A DNA stretch of 42,155 nt from Octopus bimaculoides (taxonomy: Eukaryota). Under the pieces are notes generated by a model that saw only the letters and a list, made by a program, of their open reading frames with translations, made no database searches and was not told the DNA's origin. The translations under genes and the position numbers were made by a program. The stretch lies in contig NC_068984.1 in NCBI RefSeq assembly GCF_001194135.2, forward strand, positions 13,467,799-13,509,953, read 5' to 3'. Positions 13,979 to 26,343 of the stretch are shown here, in pieces; the first letter of the stretch is position 1; each line of letters opens with the position of its first letter.

Positions 13979-14679
13979 AAAGCAGTAAATGCAATATCGA
14001 CAACAATACTATCAACAGTAGCTACAACATCAGAGCGAATATTTACACATATTTCACGTTTAAATGCGCAGCAACATGCATAACTGCTCAAAACACTAAG
14101 CACTTTGTATCGTCAGCTTCAATGAACCCGGATAAACCATTCTCTCCTAAATGGATGTACGTAAAAATGACAAAGAAAGAAAAACAATGAAAAAAGAAAA
14201 CCAAACGAAAGAAAAAAAATTCCCCAACAAACAAACAAGCAATAAAGAACAATAAGTGCACGACTGAGATAGACGACGAAAAGGAAACAAAAAAAAAGCA
14301 CATTTCCGAAATGAATGTAATGTAACTTACAAAAGACCATAGAATGACATAAGAACGTCAGACAAAATACAACAGCACAACAAAGAAACGTACCTCACGA
14401 AATAAAACGAAAGCCACGGGTATAAAAAAAAACTCAAAATCAATGGCGTTTTGGAACGACCGCACGCTGATCCCAACAAATAGAATCTTGAAAAGTATTA
14501 ATGCGAAATAATCAGAATAATATCTCGAAGTTGAAAAGGCTTCATGAATGCATACATAAACATTGAAATTAATTCATTGATACTATAAATTTCATGTAGT
14601 TTTTACTCGTAAGTAATAGAAAAGTTTGTTTCTGAGGCAAACATGCAATGCGCATTTAGAAATGTAGTTGACTCTGTAT

Positions 14680-14860
14680 TTGTGTATGGATGTATGTGTG
14701 CATGTGTATGTATTTAGTTATGTATTTATGCATATATGTATGTATGTATGTATGTATACACATGTGTATATATCCGTGGATATATGTATATGAATGGTCG
14801 AATCGCTTAGATATACATATGAATGAGCATTTGTATGTCAATGTTTTTATGTATGAGTAC

Positions 14861-14949
<89 letters not shown>

Positions 14950-15130
14950 GTGGTGTGTGATATGCATATGCAAATGTATAAATGTGAGAATCTGTACATA
15001 TATATCTGTATGTGTGTGTATGTGTGTATATGTTTGTATATATATGTGTGTATATATAATATGTGTGTGCGTGTGTATGTATGTGTGTATGTATGTATGC
15101 ATGTATATGCATACATATGTGTACACGCGA
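14680..15130. repeat. Compound (TATG)/(CA)/(TA)/(TG) low-complexity tract
   Basis: Directly visible. Confidence 0.9.
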
Positions 15131-15412
15131 AGAAGCATATATACATAGAAACGTATATAAGTCTGCGTGTATGAGCGTATCTACCTGTTTCTGTATATGA
15201 TAGTTTTTATGTCAACAACAGACGGCAAATTCAAATTAACCAGACAAATATTCGTATATTTTCTAAACGAAGTAAAACTGTTTTAGTATGTATGTATGCT
15301 ATACTGCACCCAGTTATACTAGCATACATACCTACCTACGTATATTCAAACTTCCACATACACGTGTGATTATGCGTACACATCTCCATGATATATATAT
15401 ATATATATATAT

Positions 15413-16366
15413 NNNNNNNNNNNNNNNNNNNNNNNNNNNNNNNNNNNNNNNNNNNNNNNNNNNNNNNNNNNNNNNNNNNNNNNNNNNNNNNNNNNNNNNN
15501 NNNNNNNNNNNNNNNNNNNNNNNNNNNNNNNNNNNNNNNNNNNNNNNNNNNNNNNNNNNNNNNNNNNNNNNNNNNNNNNNNNNNNNNNNNNNNNNNNNNN
15601 NNNNNNNNNNNNNNNNNNNNNNNNNNNNNNNNNNNNNNNNNNNNNNNNNNNNNNNNNNNNNNNNNNNNNNNNNNNNNNNNNNNNNNNNNNNNNNNNNNNN
15701 NNNNNNNNNNNNNNNNNNNNNNNNNNNNNNNNNNNNNNNNNNNNNNNNNNNNNNNNNNNNNNNNNNNNNNNNNNNNNNNNNNNNNNNNNNNNNNNNNNNN
15801 NNNNNNNNNNNNNNNNNNNNNNNNNNNNNNNNNNNNNNNNNNNNNNNNNNNNNNNNNNNNNNNNNNNNNNNNNNNNNNNNNNNNNNNNNNNNNNNNNNNN
15901 NNNNNNNNNNNNNNNNNNNNNNNNNNNNNNNNNNNNNNNNNNNNNNNNNNNNNNNNNNNNNNNNNNNNNNNNNNNNNNNNNNNNNNNNNNNNNNNNNNNN
16001 NNNNNNNNNNNNNNNNNNNNNNNNNNNNNNNNNNNNNNNNNNNNNNNNNNNNNNNNNNNNNNNNNNNNNNNNNNNNNNNNNNNNNNNNNNNNNNNNNNNN
16101 NNNNNNNNNNNNNNNNNNNNNNNNNNNNNNNNNNNNNNNNNNNNNNNNNNNNNNNNNNNNNNNNNNNNNNNNNNNNNNNNNNNNNNNNNNNNNNNNNNNN
16201 NNNNNNNNNNNNNNNNNNNNNNNNNNNNNNNNNNNNNNNNNNNNNNNNNNNNNNNNNNNNNNNNNNNNNNNNNNNNNNNNNNNNNNNNNNNNNNNNNNNN
16301 NNNNNNNNNNNNNNNNNNNNNNNNNNNNNNNNNNNNNNNNNNNNNNNNNNNNNNNNNNNNNNNNNN
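15413..16366. other. Assembly gap, probably spurious
   Basis: Run of N; 15359-15412 is repeated at 16367-16420. Confidence 0.9.
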
Positions 16367-16762
16367 TACACGTGTGATTATGCGTACACATCTCCATGAT
16401 ATATATATATATATATATATTTGTGTGTGTATATAAATATATGTATATAAAACATAAATAATATATATATGCATATATATATATATATTTATTTATATAT
16501 ATACACACATGCATTTATGAGTACAGGACGTTACGAACCGTAAACAACATGAGATACGGAAGCAAATGAGTTGAATAGGCAAACAACGAGGGAAACAAAT
16601 GGAAAAGAGGACAAATAACATAAAGAACGACCCTTCATCAGTTCCCGGGTGTCTATCAACTCCTTATTTTGAGCGTTGAACGACAATATGAGTCTTGGAA
16701 GACAGTTGCTCCCAAACACACACATATATACATGCACAAATACTCACATACACACACACACA

Positions 16763-17203
16763 GTGTTACGCCGATAAACTGTTAGGGAAAGGTGAATTTG
16801 AAGTCTCACAGCCGTTTCTGGGATAATCCAAATGGTTGGTTAGCATATCCCTGCACTGGGTATTCCGTCATCAGAGACAAGGTATGAATATTTTAGACGG
16901 GGAAAATTTGCAGTTTATAAAGAATAAAATGCAAGAATAAAGAAGCAAAATAGAAGAATAAAGAGAAAAAGCAGTTAGAAGAATATAGACAGGTGAATAA
17001 TGTTCACATCTCATCTTTATTCTCCTGCCTACATTCTGCCTATAAGCTGTGAATTTTATTTGTAAACTGTAAATTTTCACCATCTAAAATATTCATACCT
17101 TCTTTCTGATGACGGTGTACCCAGTGCACAGACATGCTAACCGACCACTTTGGTTATTCCAGAAACGGACGTAAGACTTCAAATTCACCTTATTTTAGTA
17201 ACG
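16763..17203. mobile_element. Foldback/MITE-like palindromic element
   Basis: 16789-16921 is the reverse complement of ~17060-17191 at roughly 80% identity by eye; weaker symmetry continues towards a centre near 17005. Confidence 0.8.
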
Positions 17204-17205
17204 CA

Positions 17206-17338
17206 TTATTCTTTGTAAGCCTACTACTTATTCTATCGGTATCTTTTGCCGAACCGCTATCTTAAAGTGACGTAAACACAGCAAAATGGGATGTCAGGCG
17301 ATGGTGGGGTTAAAAGTAAAGACACACAAACACACACA
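17206..17338 (-). mobile_element. SINE family A fragment running into a gap
   Basis: ttattctttgtaagcctactacttattctatcggtatcttttgccgaaccgct matches the family A body. Confidence 0.85.
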
Positions 17339-17860
17339 NNNNNNNNNNNNNNNNNNNNNNNNNNNNNNNNNNNNNNNNNNNNNNNNNNNNNNNNNNNNNN
17401 NNNNNNNNNNNNNNNNNNNNNNNNNNNNNNNNNNNNNNNNNNNNNNNNNNNNNNNNNNNNNNNNNNNNNNNNNNNNNNNNNNNNNNNNNNNNNNNNNNNN
17501 NNNNNNNNNNNNNNNNNNNNNNNNNNNNNNNNNNNNNNNNNNNNNNNNNNNNNNNNNNNNNNNNNNNNNNNNNNNNNNNNNNNNNNNNNNNNNNNNNNNN
17601 NNNNNNNNNNNNNNNNNNNNNNNNNNNNNNNNNNNNNNNNNNNNNNNNNNNNNNNNNNNNNNNNNNNNNNNNNNNNNNNNNNNNNNNNNNNNNNNNNNNN
17701 NNNNNNNNNNNNNNNNNNNNNNNNNNNNNNNNNNNNNNNNNNNNNNNNNNNNNNNNNNNNNNNNNNNNNNNNNNNNNNNNNNNNNNNNNNNNNNNNNNNN
17801 NNNNNNNNNNNNNNNNNNNNNNNNNNNNNNNNNNNNNNNNNNNNNNNNNNNNNNNNNNNT
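17339..17860. other. Assembly gap
   Basis: Run of N. Confidence 1.
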
Positions 17861-18185
17861 ATATATATATATATATATATATATGCTAATATGTAATTTA
17901 ACATACGTAAGAACTTTTAGAAATTGAAACATTTAGAGAATCTTTTGGCAGTAATTTTTAACAAAATTTGTGATTTTCTAGTTTTTCTTTCATATGGTTG
18001 GCTGTATATCATCGATGATTGCGTATACAATTGTCTAGATGCTTCTGTATACTCTTTCCTTAACTCCCTCCCCGAACTTCCAGCAATATTTTTCCCTCTC
18101 TCTGTCTCCCACTCTCGCTTATATGAGTTCCTACACATATAAATATATACCTATCGATCTGTATATGAATATATATTTACGTTTG

Positions 18186-18203
18186 TATGCATACATACAT
18201 ACA

Positions 18204-18235
<32 letters not shown>

Positions 18236-18327
18236 CCTACACACATACATATATATATATTTATATATATGTGTGTGTGTATATATATGTATATATATCT
18301 ATGTATATATTATGCATTATATATATG

Positions 18328-18362
<35 letters not shown>

Positions 18363-18513
18363 ATATATACATATATGCGTGTGTGTGTATATGTACGTAG
18401 ATACATATTCATATATATATATATGTATGTATATATAATTATGTATATCCGTATGTGTGTGTGTGTGTGTGTGTGTGTCTGTGTGTGTGTCTATCTCTCT
18501 CTCTCTCTCTCTG
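18186..18513. repeat. Compound (ATAC)/(TA)/(TG)/(CT) tract
   Basis: Directly visible. Confidence 0.9.
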
Positions 18514-19280
18514 TATGAGCGCGTTCAGACATCGGGATACAGTTTCCTTTAAAATAAGTCCAATTTTCTCCGTGTATCTTCGCAACTTTCCAACAGAAGA
18601 GAGCGAAACATGAATTTTGGTAACTGTGCTTATTAATAGGCGTTCAGAAGATCTTTGCTTGGAGCAGTTACGTGATAGTATTGCGTTAGTTATCTGCTCG
18701 TTACATGGTAGTTGGAAGGGTCAGAATCGGCACAGTGCCATTAATTCAAAAACTAACAACACTCAACAGCTGGTTGCCGGAGCACTTCTAAGACGAAATC
18801 AGTTTCTATCTATTAGAGTTGTTTCGACTTCTACGTTTATTTTTTTCCCCAATTTATCTCCATCCTTTTCATGTCTTTAACTCACAATTCACCTGCCTTT
18901 CGCTTTCTCTTTATTCCAATTACTATTTCTAACTCCTTGCCCCACCTCGTCTATCTCTCTCACTTTCTCTCTTTCTCTCTGTATTGCTTTTTCTCTGTAT
19001 CTATTATTTCTGGTTTTTCTCCATTCAAGATTCAAGAGTGTCTGATTTAACTTCCTACTCTTCGTATCTCAAATACTTTCGTGTGAGGTTTTTAAGCTAG
19101 CATGGCTTGCGATTAAAAGCAACCGACCGACGTTTGCGAGTAATTACTTCAGACACGTATCATCCAAACAGCCAAAGATTTGTCTTTAATTTATATACAG
19201 ATATGCTTCTATGTCATACACGCATGTTCATACGCACAAAAATATCGTGAAATCTCTCAATATATGCATACACAAACATA

Positions 19281-19283
<3 letters not shown>

Positions 19284-19374
<91 letters not shown>

Positions 19375-19566
19375 GCATGAATTTATATATGGACACACAC
19401 ACATGCATGTATTGACATATGTATGTATTTATATGTACACACTCTATTTATATTTTNNNNNNNNNNNNNNNNNNNNNNNNNNNNNNNNNNNNNNNNNNNN
19501 NNNNNNNNNNNNNNNNNNNNNNNNNNNNNNNNNNNNNNNNNNNNNNNNNNNNNNNNNNNNNNNNNN

Positions 19567-19621
<55 letters not shown>

Positions 19622-19805
19622 GTAAATATATATATATATATACATGCACACACAGACACACCACACACGCGTATGTATTTACTTATGTATGTATTTATAT
19701 ATGAACATGTATATTTATATATATAGATATATACATATAAATATATAAATGCACACACAGACACACACACACACATACATACACATACACATACACACGC
19801 ATACA
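19284..19805. repeat. Compound (CA)/(TA) tract containing gap 19457-19566
   Basis: Directly visible. Confidence 0.9.
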
Positions 19806-20148
19806 TAGATGCTCATTATATACTCGATTTGTATCTGTATAGACCGACTTACATATGAAACGATATAATTATACATAAACTATTCGTAGAAACACGTCCA
19901 AAATTATTTGCGTTTAAATACAAGATTAATATGTAAACTTTCATGTGTATTTTTGTATTATTTTACGATTATTTTATTTGGATGATCAACTGCTCTACAT
20001 TTTTATCAATCAGTCTTTAGCTATGAAAAAATACATGCCTTTTGCCTGATTTACTCATACACGTAGATATGTATGTATGAGTGTATCCATCCATATATGT
20101 ACATACATAGATGCATATACATAATTCTATATATTACCGTCTATCTAC

Positions 20149-20202
<54 letters not shown>

Positions 20203-20271
20203 TTCGCACTATGTAGGTACGTTTGCAGTTATATTAGTAAGTACATAGTGAAAAATACATATATATATGTG

Positions 20272-20307
<36 letters not shown>

Positions 20308-20744
20308 TGTGTGGTGTGAGTGTGCGTGCATGTGTGTTTTTGTGCGTGTGTGTGTGTGTATTGTGGATATTAAACATCAGTATAAATATTTAGTTCCTAC
20401 GTACGTTTCACAATTGCAGTTAATTGGAACGCAATACTGGAGAGTCGAAGTGCATTTGGATTCCTAGCTGCAATGAATCATTAGGAGAACACTTTACGGC
20501 ATTATGTAACGGAGATCAAATACAAGTCGTTAGAGACTTGGCGAGGTAATTTAGAAAAGGAAGTAGAAAGAAAGCAACTGATTTTAGAAGATATAGAAAA
20601 TCAGGAGAAGGGTGCGAAAATTGGACAGAGAATAAAAAGGAAACGGAAAAGACTGACCAACGTAGTTTTAAACAGGATAATGTTTAAAGGTACACAAGTG
20701 AATAAATGAATAAATAAAAAATATTACTAAGTAAATAAATACAT

Positions 20745-21124
20745 AGGAGTTGCTGTGTGGTAAGTACCTTGCTTATGAACCACATGGTTCCGGGTTCAGT
20801 CCCACTGCGTGGCACCTTCGGCAACTCTGAGTAATTTGGTAGACGGAAACTGAAAGAATCCTGTCGTATATATGTATATATATATATGTATGTGTGTGTG
20901 TATATGTTTGTGTGTCTGTGTTTGTCCCACCACCCGACATCGCTTGACAACCGATGTTGGTGTGTTTCCGTCCCCGTAACTCAGTGGTTTGGCAAAAGAG
21001 AATCGATAGAATAAGTACTAAGCCTACAAAGAATAAGTCCTGGGGTCGATTTGCCCGACTAAAGGCGGTGCTCCAGCATGGCCACAGTCAAATGACTGAA
21101 ACAAGTAAAAGAGTAAAGAGTAAA
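20745..21124 (+). mobile_element. SINE family A, near full length with internal deletion
   Basis: A-box-like TTGCTGTGTGG, B-box-like GGTTCAGTCCC, central (TA)/(TG) tract, AAGAGT tail; ~40 nt missing after ggcaccttcggcaa relative to the other copies. Confidence 0.92.
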
Positions 21125-22313
21125 CAAATGATATGTTTGTGTATGTGTGTGTGTGCGTGTGCATATGCATAGTCATACAAACTTACATATACATGCATAT
21201 ATACACAACAAATAAATGTTGGTACGCACTTATTCACATACTCATACGTTATTTTAAATATAAAATATTTAAAATATAACGAAATTAAAAATGGAAAAGT
21301 GAGTTAAAGCGTAAAAAGCGAAATATAAAATAAATAAATTAGATTGGTACGTGATTCGCAGCAGAAAAAGTAACCTGCACCCGCTAGGGCCAGACAGAAA
21401 AATTTCTCATGTTTTTCAAATGTGACCTCATTTGCTGAGAGTTTAGATATTATAATCCGACACATTTTAACTCTTAAAAGGCAAATTCACTTCCGTTACC
21501 GTCTACTGACGCATATCAGTCAATGTTGTTGACTATATTTTAGTTATAGTTATGCTTTGATAAGGTCTGTCCAGAATTGTCTCAGGTATTTTCTATTGAT
21601 AACGGCTAAAGAGCTAGCAGCTCTTGGTATCCTGACAGGGGACGTTACTCGACATATATGTTGCTTCTACACCTTCTTTTTTACCATAAGCGGGAATTTT
21701 TCTCCACAGTAACAGCAGTAAATTTGTCTTTTAGCAGTTGAAATACGTCACAACCATACTTCAACTAACCTAAGCTATGCTTCTTTGATATTATGTATTT
21801 GCACATAACAATCACATTATTATATAACGGCAATTTACTTGTTACTTTGCGCTGCATTGGTTTATGATCTTTACCTCATTGTATTTTAATTCAAATCTTA
21901 TTATGTCCCCTTCTTGACGTATTTTAACCTGTTCATTTTACTTCATGGTATTCCATTTGCTTCATGTTGTTTTATTTCATCATGGTCGATTTAAGTTTTT
22001 GTATTATCTATGTTTTTACTTTCTTAATTTTTTTCTTGTATATTTTATCATTTTAATTTACTTTATTGTATTTGGGTTGAATTTTCTTAACGTCTCATTT
22101 CTTTACTTTTTGACTCTTCTATTTTATTTCATAAGTGCGGTTTAAACTCCCGTGCTACACATTTAAAATAATTATGGAAACTAAACTAGCTTAGTTATTC
22201 ACATCGTAAAGAATACCATCCTAGAACAGCCATAAAGTATCAGCCGACCGAACTGTGAAATAGATATTTCACCAAAAGATGACCACTAGAGCTGTTGGTG
22301 GGTATCAAAAATC

Positions 22314-22729
22314 CTTTTCTACTTTAGGTACAAAGCCCGAAACATTTGGTGAGGGGGCCAGTCGATTACATCGATCTCAGTACGCAACTGGTACTTAATT
22401 TATCGCCCCCCCCCCCCGATGGCATGAAAGGCAAAGTCGACTGTGGCAGAATTTGAATTCAGAAAGTACAGACAATCGAAATACTGCTAAGCATTTCGTC
22501 CGGTGTGCTAACGTTTCTTTTCTACTCTAGGCAAAAGGCCTGAAATTTTGGGGGAAGGGGCCAGTCGATTAAATCGACCTCAGTACGCAACTGGTACTTA
22601 ATTTATCGACCCCGAAAACATGGAAGGCAAAGTCGACCTCGTCGGAATTTAAATTCTGAAAGTACAGACAGACGAAATACCGCTAAGCGTTTCGCCCGCC
22701 ATGCTAACGTCTCTGCCAGCTCGCCGCCT
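22314..22729 (-). mobile_element. Head-to-tail dimer of SINE family B with one flanking TSD pair
   Basis: Units 22314-22518 and 22518-22729; TSD gtgggtatcaaaaatc (22298-22313) vs gtgggtgtcaaatatc (22731-22746), 14/16 identical. Confidence 0.88.
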
Positions 22730-23277
22730 TGTGGGTGTCAAATATCATTACCCTGTGTTTATACTCTACGACCACGGTAAAAGACAACTGTTACCAAGGA
22801 CTCTCTTCGCTCCTTTTTCCATATCCTTATTTGTTTGTTTGCGTTTACTTTGGTACTCCCTGTACCGACTCCGAAGACGATGGCATGTTTCTTTTGGTCG
22901 TTCACTTTTTACGATCCTTGAATCGACCGATTGAGTTTATGGGACCATGAATGCACCTAAAATGAATATGAGAAAAAGCTGTAAGGGTACAATACACAAA
23001 TAAATAAAGGCATAAAGATCATTATTTATGCCTTTAATTGTACGTCATTCTATGACAGCATACCAAATCAACTTGCTAATGCAACCACGAATTTAAAAAG
23101 TCGGTTGCAATTGAATTCGATTCCGATTTTGTATTAGAATTACCTGGAGTTCTATACCAATCAAAATACTTTTGTTAACCTGGTGTGTTTGTATTAACAG
23201 AAAGTTTAAGAAGTATTTTGCCCGAATTGATAATTCTGTACTAATAACTCTCTATATATGTGTATATACGTATATAC

Positions 23278-23352
23278 ATGAAAATATGCGCGTATGTATT
23301 TCCCTTGTTTTTTCTTTCTTTCTTTCTTTCTGTCTCTCTCTGTTCATATATA
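23278..23352. repeat. Direct repeat, copy 1 (partner 24356-24442)
   Basis: atgaaaatatgcgcgtatgtatttcccttgtttttt(cttt)nctgtctctctctgttcatatata. Confidence 0.9.
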
Positions 23353-24009
23353 TGTGTGTGAAAAACAGATTTTCATTACCCCAGTCGGAATGAAATTAAT
23401 TAGTTTCGAGAATGAATATGCGTCTGCGTCCGCAAGCAAATTCAAATTCAAAGTATATATGTTTTAATTTATTAAAATATCGTAACTGTATTTTAATTTC
23501 TTTGGTCTTTTTTCTTCCAATTGTAAATAAAATCTAGCATGTAAATTTAAAATTTGCTAGAAAATTGAAACAAACAATACGAAGAAAATATTCTGTCTCA
23601 GACAGCAAGACACAGCTTTGAAAATAAAAAATAAAAAATAAAAAAATTGCGATACTTTAAAATCTTCATCACGACCAACTGTTAATATAATTTATTAGTA
23701 TGAAACTTTCTAAACGTACAAAATTTTATCATGTATTACTCAAATGAAATTTATCGAACATTTGAACTTTCATGTTGATTTCGTAACGCTGTGAAACTTG
23801 AAGTTCATTCTGTTTCTGTTACCTTGCTACGAAACCTTATGAGCATTTTATTTTGGAGCACGTTTTATTGCTCTGGATTTTTTTCGTGAGCATTCACTTA
23901 TTTTTAAACTTTATTTGAAAAAAATTCTGATATTTTAATAAAATATCAAAAAAATAAAGAGACTAAAATTCGTTGAAAGTCTCAGGTATCTTTCCGAAAC
24001 CCACACATC

Positions 24010-24040
<31 letters not shown>

Positions 24041-24355
24041 CATTCTATCTATCTATCTATCATTCTATCTATCTATCTATCTATCTATCTTTACCATTGA
24101 TTTATAGCGAAAAGAATTTTCACGACATTCATTAGCCTGTAAAAGTGTTTCATTACACTGAATATGAAATCATTTCGAACAGAAATTGTTGTTGGCAGCC
24201 AAACCGAGTAGGTCCAATATTAATGCATACGAGGAAGTGTTTTCGAAGTTTCGGATAATATGCGTCGTCATTATCCCATTATGGAGAGTATGCCGAAACT
24301 TCAGCACATCTATTTTCATCGTATAATTAATATGTAACAATATATGTATGTATAT

Positions 24356-24390
24356 ATGAAAATATGCGCGTATGTATTTCCCTTGTTTTT

Positions 24391-24421
<31 letters not shown>

Positions 24422-24442
24422 GTCTCTCTCTGTTCATATATA
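24356..24442. repeat. Direct repeat, copy 2
   Basis: Identical to 23278-23352 except (CTTT)n length. Confidence 0.9.
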
Positions 24443-24650
24443 TTCTGTTATTCTTTTACTTGCGTCAATCATTTCACTGCGGCCATGCTGGAGCGTCACC
24501 TTTAGTCGAGCAATTCGACCCCAGGACATATTCTTTGTAAGCCTAGTACTTATTCTACCGGTCCCTTTCTGCCGAACCGCTAGGTTACGGGGACATAAAC
24601 TAGCATCGGTTGTCAAGCGATGTTGGGAGGACGAACAGAGNNNNNNNNNN

Positions 24651-24693
<43 letters not shown>

Positions 24694-24846
24694 CGGCGTG
24701 CTTCTTTAGGTTTCTGTCTACCAAATCCACTCACAATGCTTTGGTCGGCCCGTGGCTATAGTACAAGACACGTTCCCAAGGTGCCATACGCAGTAAGACC
24801 AAACCTGGAAATCAAGCTACTTTACCACACAGCCACTCCTGCGCCT
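24441..24846 (-). mobile_element. SINE family A, full length (10-N gap at 24641-24650)
   Basis: Tail-to-head match; head reads accacacagccactcctgcgcct on the plus strand. Confidence 0.92.
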
Positions 24847-25641
24847 ATATATACACGTAGATAGGTTAAGATCGTGGTTGTTGCTTTTGTAAGATCCTTC
24901 GTTTTAATGGTTCCGTGTGTTAGTTTTTGATTTCGATTGTAGAGTTTGTATTGAAGGGTGCTTATATTAATTTTGGGGTTTGGGCTGCTCATGATTTGTG
25001 TTATACATTGGGTAGCGTATTTGTTCTTTTATTAATAATGCTTTGTCCTATTTGTTATATCAAGACCCAATTGTTACTGCGGCGTTGGATATCTAGAATT
25101 ATCTTTATATCTCTTAAAGGTCCAACCGTGCTTGCGTAAACATCTAAGGGCTTGTCCGTGTCTTGTATTAATTAATGTATGGTTTGTTGTAAATATTTGG
25201 TAAACCTCCTCTCCACATAAGGCGAATCTATTTTCCCCCTATTCAATGAGTTTTAGAAATAATAATTAATTCCCAATACATAGAATAACTATTGATTTTG
25301 TTTTTAATTAACCAGTATGTATAACCAATAGAAAAACTTGCGCGACTAACATATAGCTCAGCAACATATTTATGGTATACATACGACTGCGCATGCCTGT
25401 GTATGCAAAGGTGCGTTCGTGTTTGTGAGAGAGAGATTTACTTTTATCAAAATGATATCTATACGCCAATCTTATTTCATTCCATATTAAACATATTAAA
25501 TAAATAAATTTCTTATATTTTACTTAGTTAAGTTTCTGTAATATGTTATATGATATTTCCATTTATCTTTCTCTAGCTTACATTCCATCGCATTATATAA
25601 AGGAGAGTGTGTGTGTGTATCTGTCTGTCTGTCTATCTATC

Positions 25642-25874
25642 TTATTTCTTTATTGCACACAAGGGGTTAAACATAGAGGGGACAAACAAGGGCAGACAAA
25701 TGCATTAAGTCGATTACATCGACTCCAGTGCGTAACTGGTACTTATTTAATCGACTCCGAAAGGATGAAAGGCTAAGTCGACCTCGGCGGAATCTGAACT
25801 CACAACGTAAAGACGGACAAAATACCACTAAGCATTTCGCCCGGCGGGCTAACGTTTCTGCTAGCCCGCCGCCT
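25642..25874 (-). mobile_element. SINE family B, long-tail variant, inserted in a (TCTG)/(TCTA) microsatellite
   Basis: Matches 38634-38864; ctgtctgtctgtctatcta on both flanks. Confidence 0.92.
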
Positions 25875-25922
25875 GTCTGTCTGTCTATCTAATTATCTAT
25901 CTAACTATCTATCTACCTATCT

Positions 25923-26133
25923 ATTCTTTTATTCTTTTACTTGTTTCAGTTATTTGACTGCGGCCATGCTAGAGCACAGCTTTTAGTCGAACAAATCGAC
26001 CCTATGCCTTATTCTTTGTAAGCCTAGTACTTATTCTGTCGGTTTCTATTGCAGGAACAGCTAAGTTATGTGGACGTAAGCACACCATCATCGGTTGTCA
26101 AGTGATGGTGGGGGAACGCACACAGAGACAGAA

Positions 26134-26180
<47 letters not shown>

Positions 26181-26343
26181 AGCCGGTATTCTTTCTGTTT
26201 CGTCTACAAAATCCATTCACAAAGCTTTGGTCGAACCGAGGCAATAGTAGAAGATACTTACCCAAGATGCCACGCACTGGGACTAAACCCGGAAGTATGC
26301 TGTTGGGAAGCATGCTTTTTACCACACAGCCACTCCTGCGCTT
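25923..26343 (-). mobile_element. SINE family A, full length
   Basis: Tail-to-head match with central (CA)/(TA) tract. Confidence 0.92.

Noticed and set aside
15359-16420. Apparent direct repeat flanking 954 N
   Set aside because: Identical sequence on both gap edges next to (AT)n indicates unmerged overlapping contigs
16521-16715. Minus-strand CTGATGAAGGG as a hammerhead
   Set aside because: No GAAAC or closing helix nearby; probably a dispersed repeat fragment I cannot classify
24229-24312. Mini mariner-like inverted repeat gaagtttcgg/ccgaaacttc
   Set aside because: Only 10 bp of perfect symmetry and the right end is not a full TIR
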